Source of the DNA: Octopus bimaculoides
Taxonomy: Eukaryota
DNA: 33,000 bases
Reading direction: 5' to 3'
Assembly: GCF_001194135.2 (NCBI RefSeq)
Contig: NC_068984.1
Coordinates: 60,776,660-60,809,659 of the forward strand
Made by a program: the position numbers and the translations under genes. The notes under the pieces are model-generated. The model was not told the DNA's origin and did no database searches. It saw only the letters and a list, made by a program, of their open reading frames with translations. Shown here piece by piece: positions 11,235 to 22,690 of the stretch. Each line of letters starts with the position of its first letter. Position 1 is the stretch's first letter.

Positions 11235-11330
11235 AACAGATGCTATGGTAGAAGATAATTGATCAAAGTACCACAGGTAGGATCGAGTTTTGAATTATTT
11301 GGTTACAAAGTGAACTTTTCAAACATGCCC
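11235..11330 (-). mobile_element. Old, diverged SINE head (CORE-like family)
   Basis: Reverse complement ...ctcgatcctacctgtggtactttgatcaattatcttctaccatagc resembles the head at 17480-17566 and CORE-type octopus SINEs from memory. Confidence 0.35.
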
Positions 11331-12129
11331 TGGTTTCTATACATTGCGTATTTACTTGTTCAAAGTTGATTCACTCCATGTTTTTTGCTACATGTGTAAC
11401 TCTATACACACACACATATAACCACACACACACACACATATACTAACATACATGCACAGTCTAACATACACACACATATGATAAAGGAATATAAATGGAC
11501 AGCTCAATTTATGTTATGTACATTTCCATTGCATGACTATAGAAATGTTATTAATGTGTATTATTTCATTACACAATATTACATAATATTACATTGTTAC
11601 GTATTATATATTGCGCCAAATGTGCAGCGTCTGCTGTTATATATAATGTATTCACAGGATCCTTAATATCATTGTGCAATGCCTACTATACTGACCGGTT
11701 GGTAGTGTATTAATGTATTCTTCCTAAGCACTTTATGGAGAAATAGTTAAATTTACTGTTTGTACATCTATTGTAAAAATTGCTCTTAATGTTGTGTGAA
11801 CTGAAATCCTTGTTGACCTGCTGCTGATATGAAATAAAGTGTTAAATACTTATGGTATGCAAATTTTTAGCCCCAGTTCTTGGTAGTTACTACATTTGTT
11901 GTGTATATAGACAGATTGGTTATTTGTATTTCTGGGGTTGGTTAAGTGATATAGACACCTCTGATGAAAATCCATTAAGTTTCAAAACCAATTAAGGCGC
12001 TTCATAATTCTTTTCGATCTACTGAGAAATAGCTAAATTCACTATGTCTGTATATCTGCTGTATACATATATGAGTATATGTATGTATGTATGTGTGTGT
12101 GTGTGTGTATGTGTGATTGCGCATGAGTA

Positions 12130-13882
12130 CAACAGTGACCTGAGTGTCTTGGCTGATGGCGTTGGGCTATTTGAATGAAAATGGATTATTGTACATGGAA
12201 TGAAGGAAGATTAAAGCTGTTGGAGTTTTGTGATGTTAATAACCTAATCATTTGGAATACAAACTTCAGTTAACTTCAGTGAATCTCCAAGCTTAACAGG
12301 TTTCATACTCATCAAGAAAGGGGACAAAAAGTTGGTTGAATATCAAGCTGTTGAGGAATATACTACCTGATATAGATTAGTGACTAGTAATAGAGTAAGA
12401 GCTTGATGGACCAAGAAGCACGGGGGCAAGAAAATCTGGAAGCTGAAAGATCCTCGACTAGACACAGATTAAATGCATAACAAGCTAATGCATATACTGT
12501 GAAGAAGATAAAGACATTTAACATATAGAAAACAATTGGGAGACGTATCTCTGGACAAGCTTACATGGCTCTCACAAGTATACAAAGCATGGTAATACCT
12601 CAAAGAACTTGCAACCCACTTTGTGTCTTGGAATGCTTCAGTTGATGAAGAAATAGAAGAGACAGACCTGGAAAGAATGGATGAAAAAACAGAAACAACA
12701 TGAAATAGCTGTAAAAAGCTAAACCTCAGATACATGTAACAAGAAGAGAAGCAAAAAGTAAGATAATTTGCCAAATTTTCTGTGATGCGGAGGTCAGAGG
12801 CATGAGATGTTCCAGACTGCAAAGCAGTGTGACAGTGTGAACAAGAGCATCATTGGTGGATTACAGTTCATTGATGGAACATGAGTGTCCCAGTTTGATG
12901 GAAAAGTAGTGGAATGGTTTGTAAAGTTACAGCCTGAAAATAATGGAAAGAAGTTGGGAGCAGGGGACAATATCAGGTAATAGAAGAAAAACTAGATATT
13001 AGGTATAGCAGAGCAAAAGGTGAAAATAAGAGTTATTACTAATGCTTTGCTACGTGGTGAGATCAAAAGCTTGAGAATGCCATTGTGAAAACTGATTACA
13101 TAATGTTAAGGAGCGGTATTTCACTGACTAATGCCGAGAAGAAAGGGGCATGGAAATACAACTAAAGGGGGTAACTGAATAAGATGAATGCATGAGGAGC
13201 ATGGAAATACAACTAAAGGGGTTACTGAATCAGATGAATACATGCTGAGTAGTAATCCCAACAGATGAATCAATGACTGAAATTTACAGCTATACAGTTG
13301 AAATGCCTATTAAATATATGAAAGTAGGCAAAGAACCAAGGATGGTCGCTGAGGTAGTGAAAATATCTGGTGAAGTAGAAAACATGCTAGGCACTCACGT
13401 AATCAATCATGTTGCACAGTAATGTGCCATTCCTGATGACTTGCGTAGTAGAATCATCAACTGACACAGGAGCTAGGGCGATGCTCTAGAAAAAAGCAGC
13501 TGCAGTGGTATCAAGTTGATGGACCATGTTATGAAAATAATAGAAGGTAATTAAGAAGAAAATCAATTGAGATGAGATGCTGTTCGGGGGTGGGTACATC
13601 TGATACTCAATTCCTAGTGAGAGCACTAAAAGAGAAGTTATTAGTAGGGAACAAGTCACCATATTTAGCAGTCCTTTGAAAGAATGCAACAATTTGTAGT
13701 CTAATGTTACAAAGTAAAAAGTATAGAGGAAGGGCTTGTAAGGTCCATATGAATATGTACAGTGATACACTCAGCATGATGAGAATGAGCAACAGTCTCA
13801 GCAATGAATTTAGTGGGTAGGTAGGTGTCTATAAAGCTTCAATTCTCAGCCCGTTTTTTGGTGATAGTTCTACAGGCCATAT
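12130..13882 (+). pseudogene. Decayed RTE-clade LINE ORF (endonuclease end through RT motif B), with many stops and frameshifts
   Basis: WNEGRLKLLEFCDVNNLIIWNTNF (12197-12268, APE domain); KYMKVGK...VVKISGEV (~13312-13378); GIKLMDHVMKIIE (13507-13545); VGVYKASILSP (13821-13853, equivalent to VGVHQGSVLSP). Confidence 0.85.
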
Positions 13883-14120
13883 TACATTAAATATGTTAAC
13901 AGTAACTTAACCTCTGTTTTTCAAATGAATGGCACTTCTGAGTAACTAACGTTAGTGTTTTTTCCTAAATATAATTGTTCACATCTATTCACGTACAATA
14001 TTCTGCATTTACTAGGTAGTTGTCGCCATGTTAGTTTGTCAAATGTAGTAATCCCTGAGTCAATGAATCAGTCTAATAAAACTTAAACATGTCTGGTATT
14101 ACTTCCTCATATATTTTCTG

Positions 14121-14559
14121 GACATTCGAGTGCGATCATTGCCAGTGCCACTGGACTGGCTCCTATACAGGACACGAAACTCGGCTTGTGAAAACCTGTT
14201 CGGGCAAGCAAAAGCGAAATCGTGATGGCACCTGTGCCCAGAGTCGCCTTCCTGGTACTTGTGCTGGTGGCACGTGTAAAGACATTCAAGTGAGATCGTG
14301 CCAGTACCACTGGATGTCTTCTGTGCAGGTAGCACGACAAATACACCATTTTGAGCGTGGCCGTTGCCAGTACCACATGACTGGCCTTCGTGCCAGTGAC
14401 ACGCAAAAGCACCCACTACACTCTTGGAGTGTTTGGCGTCAGGAAGGGCATCCAGTTGTAGAAACTCTGCCAAATCAAATTGGAGCCTGGTGCAGCCATC
14501 TGGTTCACCAGTCCTCAGTCAAATCGTCCAACCCATGCTAGCATGGAAAGCAGACATTA
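14121..14559 (+). mobile_element. RTE-LINE 3'UTR-like retroposon end (tail decayed)
   Basis: ...cacccactacactcttggagtgtttggcgtcaggaagggcatccagttgtagaaactctgcc...cccatgctagcatggaaagcagacatta; inverted homologue of 9033-9556. Confidence 0.88.
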
Positions 14560-14751
14560 TGCACTGTCAAAACAGTCTCTTGGTATTGTTGAATGAAATT
14601 AAATTTCCATGTGCCCATTGAAGAATAGTTAAAAGAAGGTTGGTTTAAAGTTCTTGTTGAAGATTTACAAGCCTAGTATGAAATATATAGGTTACTGGGG
14701 TTACTCGTGAAGGTTGCATTCGGGCAAAAGGTTAGTGTACTTTATATAAAG

Positions 14752-15238
14752 GAAAAATAAGAAAACAGAGATACCTCAACTAATAAGTATATTTATTAAT
14801 TGCAAAAATAAACATGATCTCTAACAACTGTTTTGATTCATACTTTAAAGATTATAATTGTAATGATCAAATCATTTTATAAAACAGAATATTGTCAGAG
14901 GCAGAAAAAAAGATATACCAGTATGTTATTAGTTGTTAAGTATACTGAACATTACAGCAAACTGAGTAATGTTATATGGATATGCTTGGTATAAATCTAT
15001 TAAGAGAGACATAGGATGTATATTTAGTGGGAAATGTACACCCTGTATCTCTCTTAATAGGTTTATATCAAACTTATCCGTATACTTAACAACTACGAGA
15101 TTCTGCTTTATAAAATGATTTGATCATTACAATTATAATCTTTAGAGTATGAATCGAAACAGCAGTTAGAGATCATGTTTATTTTTGCAGTTAATAAATA
15201 TACTCATTAATTGATGTATCTCCATTTTCTTATTTTTC
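14752..15238. repeat. Fold-back inverted repeat with ~207 bp of aligned arm and a 6 bp loop
   Basis: 14752-15025 is the reverse complement of 15032-15238 (about 90% identical over the segment I aligned). The left arm carries two extra blocks of ~34 and ~32 bp. Confidence 0.92.
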
Positions 15239-15411
15239 TTAAATAGATATAAACCTTGGTTTATCTAATTACCTATTATTCATGAGTATTATAAATAATA
15301 TTCACAACAAATACTATGTAATGAACCAGTAATCCATTGGATATTACTATCCCTTAATAAAGCTTATCCAAACTCTAACTGAACAATATATATATATATA
15401 TATATATATAT

Positions 15412-15744
15412 NNNNNNNNNNNNNNNNNNNNNNNNNNNNNNNNNNNNNNNNNNNNNNNNNNNNNNNNNNNNNNNNNNNNNNNNNNNNNNNNNNNNNNNNN
15501 NNNNNNNNNNNNNNNNNNNNNNNNNNNNNNNNNNNNNNNNNNNNNNNNNNNNNNNNNNNNNNNNNNNNNNNNNNNNNNNNNNNNNNNNNNNNNNNNNNNN
15601 NNNNNNNNNNNNNNNNNNNNNNNNNNNNNNNNNNNNNNNNNNNNNNNNNNNNNNNNNNNNNNNNNNNNNNNNNNNNNNNNNNNNNNNNNNNNNNNNNNNN
15701 NNNNNNNNNNNNNNNNNNNNNNNNNNNNNNNNNNNNNNNNNNNN
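15412..15744. other. Assembly gap (N), between (TA)n and (GT)n
   Basis: Run of N. Confidence 1.
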
Positions 15745-16551
15745 GTGTGTGTGTGTGTGTGTGTGCATGTGCTTGTGTGTGCGTGCGTGTAAGTATGTCT
15801 ATAAAGAGGTTTGACTAGATGTAAAAGTAAGAAGATCATTAGTGTAAGGGATAGAAGAGCAAAGGTAGAGAAGCCAGACACTGAGACACGAGAGAGTTAG
15901 TGGAAGTTAGATAAAAGAGAGAGGGACATATCGATATATGTTTTTAGGAAATAGTTTCAAAAGGAACTTCTTATCTAAAAGACTAGTGAAGCTCATAACA
16001 GGAAGATTGAGAGAGAAAATTTGGTTCTCTGCACAGCGTACATTAATTTTGAAAAAAATTCGTTTAAAGTTACCATAGTTACAGAACTCAAAATTATATA
16101 CGTAAAAGTTTACATCTAAGTAGAATTTATATTAAAATATCTGAAACGTGTACAAGTTATGTCTTTGCTTTAGATTTAATTAGTTTCTTAGGAATTTAGC
16201 AGACAGGTCAAAGGTTTGACAGGAGAGAGAGCAAGGAATTTGACTGATAAACATATTCACTTGTGCCTTAAGATTTAGCTGTCAGCGAGGTGTAGAAGAA
16301 AGAGGGAAACGAAGAAAAGACAAGTTATAAAATGAAAGAGCAAAGCAAAATCATTAACTTCACTTCTACATATTCAATCACAACATACACTTAACAGACA
16401 CAGACAGACAGACACATTTTTAAAAGTCTCTTTTGCTGTTTTTAGCCATTCAGCTGTGACCATGTTCGACACATCGCCCAAACAACAATATTGACAAAGA
16501 TAATGCATACACACACTTTCATGCAAATGATTGAAGATGTAAACAAACACC

Positions 16552-16553
<2 letters not shown>

Positions 16554-16601
<48 letters not shown>

Positions 16602-16655
16602 NNNNNNNNNNNNNNNNNNNNNNNNNNNNNNNNNNNNNNNNNNNNNNNNNNNNNN
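16554..16655. repeat. (AC)n microsatellite running into a 54 bp N-gap (16602-16655)
   Basis: Directly visible. Confidence 0.95.
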
Positions 16656-17084
16656 CAGTAGAGCTGGAGATAATTTTAAAAAGTCACTAATTTATGTTGT
16701 ATGGTAATTAATGCACTTGTATTTGTCTGTATTCGTCAAATACATACTAGTGACCACTCTGAATCGTTTTTATTTTAGCTTATTTCTTTTAAAATTATGC
16801 ATAACTAACTAAGCTATAAATGTGATCAAGCTCTATTTAAGTTCAATAATCATTGTTAATATACACTCCAAATAATATTACCATCCAGTGAAGTGGACAC
16901 AGAATTACATATAGGAGGGGTTTACAGCATGAGTGATAACCCATAGTAGTTGTAGACGTTAAATACAAAAGGATGTGGTTACCCGTAACCTGGAGCATAA
17001 ATGAGAGCTACCACGGTATCCACCTGGGTAAAATATCTCTCTAAATTCACATGCACATGCACATGATATACATATATATGCTCA

Positions 17085-17092
17085 TATATACA

Positions 17093-17135
<43 letters not shown>

Positions 17136-17137
17136 AC

Positions 17138-17193
<56 letters not shown>
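17085..17193. repeat. Compound (TATC)n/(TA)n/(TG)n microsatellite
   Basis: Directly visible. Confidence 0.95.
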
Positions 17194-17195
<2 letters not shown>

Positions 17196-17299
17196 AATCT
17201 ATTCTCTTGTCGACAATAGTGTATTAGTGTCCACTTGTTCGATGGACGCTGATATGTCATTGTCGTAAGTCAGACACCTCACACACTAATTCAATAAAT

Positions 17300-17566
17300 C
17301 AATGAACTATCGATTTATTGGATGAGTGTGTGAAGTGTCTAACTATTCCCCAGACTCACATACCTTTTATGTAATTCTACAGTAGAAACAGCGTGACACA
17401 GAGTATGACAAAACTGGACCTTTGAATTGCATTTTCAATTAATTGTACGTGCTTCTCGGGAAGTTGTGGTGTGTCTGAGGCTATGGTATTAAAACATTTA
17501 CTTTAGATACAATGCAGTGGGACAGACCCAGGATTGCACAGCTGCAAAACAAGTTTCTTAACCACC
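17300..17566 (-). mobile_element. Diverged SINE relic(s): 3' body of family B plus a CORE-like tRNA head
   Basis: 17390-17430 agcgtgacacagagtatgacaaaactggacctttgaatt matches 31133-31171 agtgtgacacagaatgtgacaaggccggacctttgaatt. 17480-17566 does not match the 31.2-31.3 kb head but resembles the head at 11235-11330. Confidence 0.6.
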
Positions 17567-17599
<33 letters not shown>

Positions 17600-18667
17600 T
17601 ATACAAACATAGCTACTGAAAATGGCATGAAGAGCCGATTTTAATGAATTTTAGTGCTAAGTCAAATCTTGAGCGTGCAAGTTCAGATTACGGTCACGAA
17701 TTGCAAGTTTAAATTATGGTCACAATCAAATACAATCTTGTCTTTTTATGAGCGTTTTACAATTTAGTGTGATAGTTAGTCATATATTCTTAGTTGGCTG
17801 TCCATAGTATCGGTTAGACTGCGTGTGAAGACAATGACCATGCTAAAATTTAATTAAGTTTTGAAATATTTTATTAACCCATCTCAGGTTAATAAAATAT
17901 CCAGTATATGTGTACATTCAATATATCAATGAAACAACATTTAACGAACTTAGCACTTAGGAAACTTCTGTGATATAACTTGTTGGTTAATATTACGCAA
18001 GTATTGTAAGGAATTTAAATTACTGTATGACATAACCATGTTACATAAGAAAAGTGAAAGTGGGGGAGAAAGACCAGTTTATTAGAACGAATGACATAGC
18101 CTCCCCTAAATGGCTTAGAGGTTCTCTGTTCTGAATATGAATAGGCCAGCCTCTAGTACCTTCGATCAAACTGTTTGGCAGGAAAACTAGATGCATTACT
18201 TTGAAGTTAGCATGTGCTTTATGCACGAAAATGTTAATATCTTTTATGACAACAGTTTTTCATTTATGGAGATACATTCCTTCAGGTTCTAGAATGGGAT
18301 ACTCTGAAAGCTATAGTTCAAATCTCAGGCCTCACTACAGGATAAGGATAAATAGTTATTTTTTTAACATTGTAATTGTAATTATTTTTAACATTATTAC
18401 GTTAGAACTCTGCATTACTTTTTCCTGCAACTTCAAATGGAAAGAAATTCAAGAAGGGATCTTTCTAGTCTGAGCACACATTCACAAGTACATTACCACT
18501 AACAGAGATTTGTTAAAATTGCACAAGGCGATGACTTTGATAACTAAGTGCCAAATATTTGGACTGGTGAAGTGTTACAAGTAACCATTAGCTTACATCT
18601 ATTTTGGTCTGATTAATAAATAGTTTTACTCAAATTAAATTGATTCCATTATATATCAAAGCCACCA

Positions 18668-19790
18668 GACCATAGGAAGGAGAAAATTTCCAATATTGTT
18701 GAAAGCCTTAGATGACTCATGGTTCTTGTAGTGCTATCAAGACGAAATAATTTTTCATGGAAGATAACAAAAGCACCAAACGGTTTGCAAGACCATTTAT
18801 CAAGGAGATCCAAATAAACTGAAGATGACTATTACTTTTACAGAAAAATACCAGAAAATAGGAGCTCTCTTCTTCTTAGTATGAGAACATGAACTTGACA
18901 ATTGATAGATAATTTCCCACTGTCCTAGTCAGACGAAGACATTTATTGCACATATCAGTTTTCAGTTTTGTAATTATGTCCTAGAAATACATCATCAAGG
19001 GATCTGATCTGACGTTGCAATGTTTTCTCTGATACAGTAAAATAATCAGATGAAGTCATCCAATTCCCTTAGGGTCAATGCACCAATGCCAATAAGGCTT
19101 TCTGATGAGTTTTGCTTCTCCCCATCATAAAGATGCTCCAGCATTCAAGAACTTGTTCTCTTCTTGGAAAACAAAAACAGGTTTACAGCACTCAAGTAGC
19201 TACTACTGCACAACAAGCACAATGTTTGTTCGAGGATGCTTGAGGGACACAATGCTTGTTGCCATTTTTCATGCTGTACCAGCATAATGTTGCTGTAACA
19301 CCAAACTCCATTGTACACAACATAGAACAAAAAGCAATGGAATCAAAGAAAGGAAGGTTCCACTGTTGAAGGCCAAACTGACATAAAGTTTGTCAGTACT
19401 ATTGGACCATTGGAAGAGAATCTACTGTACATGCCATTCAATGTGAGTGCTTCTCCCTACGACTTCTCCATAAAGTGTGAAATTAAAATCCATTCTAAAT
19501 TCTTTGAATAGTCAATGACGAAGTTTGCCCCACCTACAGTGTGATATGATTTAGACATGGATTTCTGGAGAACAATGTACAATTGGATACAACATTATCA
19601 GAAGTTTCTATATCTACAGGCAAGAGTCTTACAGTCTTTTTCACCAGGTTATTAAAATACTGTGAAATATCCATCGGTTTTAGTTTTGGCTGAAATTTTA
19701 AATCAAAAGCATTGTGTATGCTGACAAGAGGTTCTATGAAAATGCATGTGTCTTCATTAAAAGCAATTTTAGACAATTTATAGCTTACTT
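18668..19790 (+). pseudogene. Very old piggyBac-like transposase relic
   Basis: Collinear degenerate motifs across frameshifts: DHRKEKISNIVESL (D..K.RP-like, 18668), DEIIFHGR (18741), CK.FI.G.PI-like (~18785), F(D)NY (18961), (G)TV..N (19030), (W)RD(N)NA (19240), KQWNQRKE (19332), V*YD (19539), and Cys-rich HCVC...KCMCLH (19710-19760). The third catalytic D (MGGVD) is not recognisable. Confidence 0.45.
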
Positions 19791-21399
19791 TTCAGTCTGC
19801 AACATCAGGTATTCTCCTAGTATGTACACATTCATGCATACTAACACACACACATATGCATATGCATATACACATGCTCTCAGTTATAAAACCACACACA
19901 CTTATATGCAAACACACAAGTAATATGAATAGTCGTTTTATTATATCAGAAGCTTAATATCCACATAATGATGCAAGGAAGAAGATTATAGTGGTTTAGC
20001 AGTTGATTTGGCTTGTGGGAGAATTCAAACTTAGCACTGTATTTTAATGATGCACTAAGTAATCACTCATACTGGGTTCACAATTTATTACAATATATAT
20101 TGTATCTTTACGTGCTACCTGTTTGTAACTTGATGGATAGTCCATTGAGATCTGAGTTGTCTTTACTTACACAAAGAGCACAACACCAATGAATGGACAG
20201 AAACCATTGAATCTTTGGTTAGCGTTATGGTATTCTAATGATTCAGCCGATTGAAATTTACCTATGCTCTTTAGAAAAGCAAGACAAAGGAAAATGAAAT
20301 ATATAAAAAAAAGAAGGACAGGAAGAAAAGAAAGAAAACAATGTTGTGTTTAGCAGTATTGTCAATTCAACAGCATTTTCCAAAATGATACTTTGCCATT
20401 TTTCATTTTGACATTTATATAGATTTTGCCCTTGTTTAAATCAAGTTAACGGTTTCTGTCTGACAATATATAGGTTGATTCTCAATGGAGACATTTAAAT
20501 AATCTATTTTCTTCTGATGGAATATACTAGAAAATTCCTTTTTCTTTACATACCTTGATGTCTTTTTATTTTAGTTCTTGTTTTTAATTTTTCTGTTTTG
20601 TTATTGTTGTTGTTACGAATGTATTTATGTGTTCTGAGAAATCTAACATTACTCGTGTGTATCTCAGTAAGAATAAATGACAAGCTTCTTAGCCTAAACT
20701 TTAGTTTTATTCTATACACTTGACAATATGGATACTTGGGGATAAATCTTAAGTAGACATTACTGAGAAATATGTTAGGATTTAAAGACCTTTGAAAATT
20801 CTCTGTGGCTTTTGTCTGACACAGGAATCACAATTTTTGTGCATTTTATTTGATATAATTAATTGATCAAGTATTCAGACTTAAGCATTAGTTGCTTTGA
20901 GTGACAGTAATTTTTCAAAGATTTTTTTTTCAAAGCAAAATTACAACTTAATATAACTTTTCTTCTGAGTGAAAGATGGTGAAAGAATCACAAAGGCAAG
21001 AGTAAAAGTAAACTAATAGGATTCTTTCTGGTGAAACAGAAATTGACTTGTTTTTTATTTTCAGAAATTATTTTTTATATATTTGTTTTATTTTGCCATT
21101 AAGTTTGATGGGTTTATATATTCAAATATTTGCATGAATTTCTATTCATATTTCTAACATCAAAATATCTTTCTAAATGCAAACTACGCAGTTACAAAAT
21201 GATATTCATGTTTACAATTTTGCTTGGAGCTGGAAGAAGAACACAAATCTATGAATCACATACAAACATACAAAGGTGGTTGAGTTGGCTGAGTCATCTA
21301 GATGCCAGACTAAGCAATTGTGGGTCGATAGTTAATTTCTGACTGCAAACAGTATACTCCGTCTTTGGCAAAGAGATTTAAATGTTGTTAGCTCAATCT

Positions 21400-22060
21400 A
21401 CCTAATAATAGATATGCAATAAAGTCTGTAAATCCAGATAAGTTTGTATTCCGTAAGAAGCAATTTCTGATGGTTGGAGCAAAACCTTTTAAGGGAGAGG
21501 CAAGCATATTTAAAAAAAATTTCTTGAGTAACATTGGAAACATAAACGTTTTCAGAAAGATTATGAAGAATAAATACGTTTGGAAAAAGATTTTGAAGAA
21601 AAATTATACACACATTATAGAGAAAAGCAATTAGCGTAAAATCATTCAACAAGTTAACATAGAATCACTCATAGGCACACTTCAGTCTCTGCTCCACTGG
21701 CGTGTTGTCTCCCGTTTTTTTCATTTTTTTAATCACTACTGTAGTGGCCACTGTTCCTTGGAATTGGTTGGTTTTGTGTCACCTCCACTCAAGCACACTC
21801 ATTTGTCTTTCCATTTCTCATCTTTGCCTCGCCACCCACTAAGTACTATGCCTAGTCTTCCCCAGAACATTGGTCTAATGGAATTTCCTTCCTGTTCATG
21901 TCTTTCTGGATGGTAAGGACAAGAAATGTTTAATCTGAATATTAACAACACCAAATCTCACTGGCTTCGGAGGGCATGTGAAGGAACTGGATACTGTTCT
22001 TCCTCCATTCTCAGTAAGTAAAACAAAAAGAAAATTTTGAAACATGATTACACACTGCTC
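21400..22060 (-). pseudogene. Decayed LINE C-terminal fragment (CR1/L2/Crack-like)
   Basis: Minus strand: FYLLRMEEEQYP (cf. YWLKLLRM...RYP), IRPMFWGRLG...W, RQWSRD, and in ORF 21398-21652 SLKRFCSNHQKLLLTE (cf. L.RFRCSNHKL.IETGR). By-eye only. Confidence 0.4.
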
Positions 22061-22355
22061 GCTTTTGTATGCTGTAGGAAGAACCATTATATAAGTGACA
22101 AAAAATATTATTTATTTGTATTGTCAGGTTCAAATCTGTCTATGGACCAATAAAGTGGAAAGAGATACCACCGATAGTATTGTGATAAGTAGAGTTACAC
22201 CAATAATCCAATATCCATTTAAATGAGACATATATCATTAACAGCCATTTATGCTATGAAACCAGAAGATTTAAGGAACATAAATGCTTTTAAAATTATG
22301 TAGCTGTTATCACCATTACCTCGACTTAATAAACTGTTACTATCTATGTGTGTGC

Positions 22356-22357
<2 letters not shown>

Positions 22358-22390
<33 letters not shown>
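22358..22390. repeat. (TG)n microsatellite
   Basis: Directly visible. Confidence 0.95.
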
Positions 22391-22394
<4 letters not shown>

Positions 22395-22490
22395 ACACAT
22401 CACCATTCTTTGTCACCATTTATCACATACATTAGAATATTAAACCTACCTATTTATTTTTCCTCAAAGCAATAACAATACTAGACACTT

Positions 22491-22690
22491 TTAAGCTCAC
22501 ATTGGATGAGTATAAGTGTAATATTATGCAACCAATTAAAAAAAATAAGCTCAACTTAGGGAAAACAGAAGCTACAAATTTAAACGTTCACATTAGTTAA
22601 GTATAATTGTAATATTATGTAGCTAATTAAAATTATAAGCATAACTTAGGGAAAACAGAATTTACATATTTAAACATTCAGTTGGTTTAC
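22491..22690 (+). repeat. Diverged 91 bp tandem duplication (~2.2 units)
   Basis: agtataagtgtaatattatg...aacttagggaaaacagaa...tttaaacgttca at 22509 recurs at 22600 as agtataattgtaatattatg...aacttagggaaaacagaa...tttaaacattca. Confidence 0.9.

Noticed and set aside
16205-16217. AGGTCAAAGGTTT, a DR1-like nuclear receptor element
   Set aside because: A single imperfect motif with no promoter context; expected by chance in 33 kb.
19280-19460. Helitron helicase-like words (IMLL, GQT, LYM)
   Set aside because: The spacing between the words is far too short for a Helitron helicase, and the piggyBac interpretation explains more collinear motifs.
21663-21912. GC-richer, stop-free plus-strand frame of ~85 codons ending at TG|GTAAGG
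   Set aside because: No pyrimidine-rich acceptor and no recognisable protein; better explained as the antisense of a decayed LINE.
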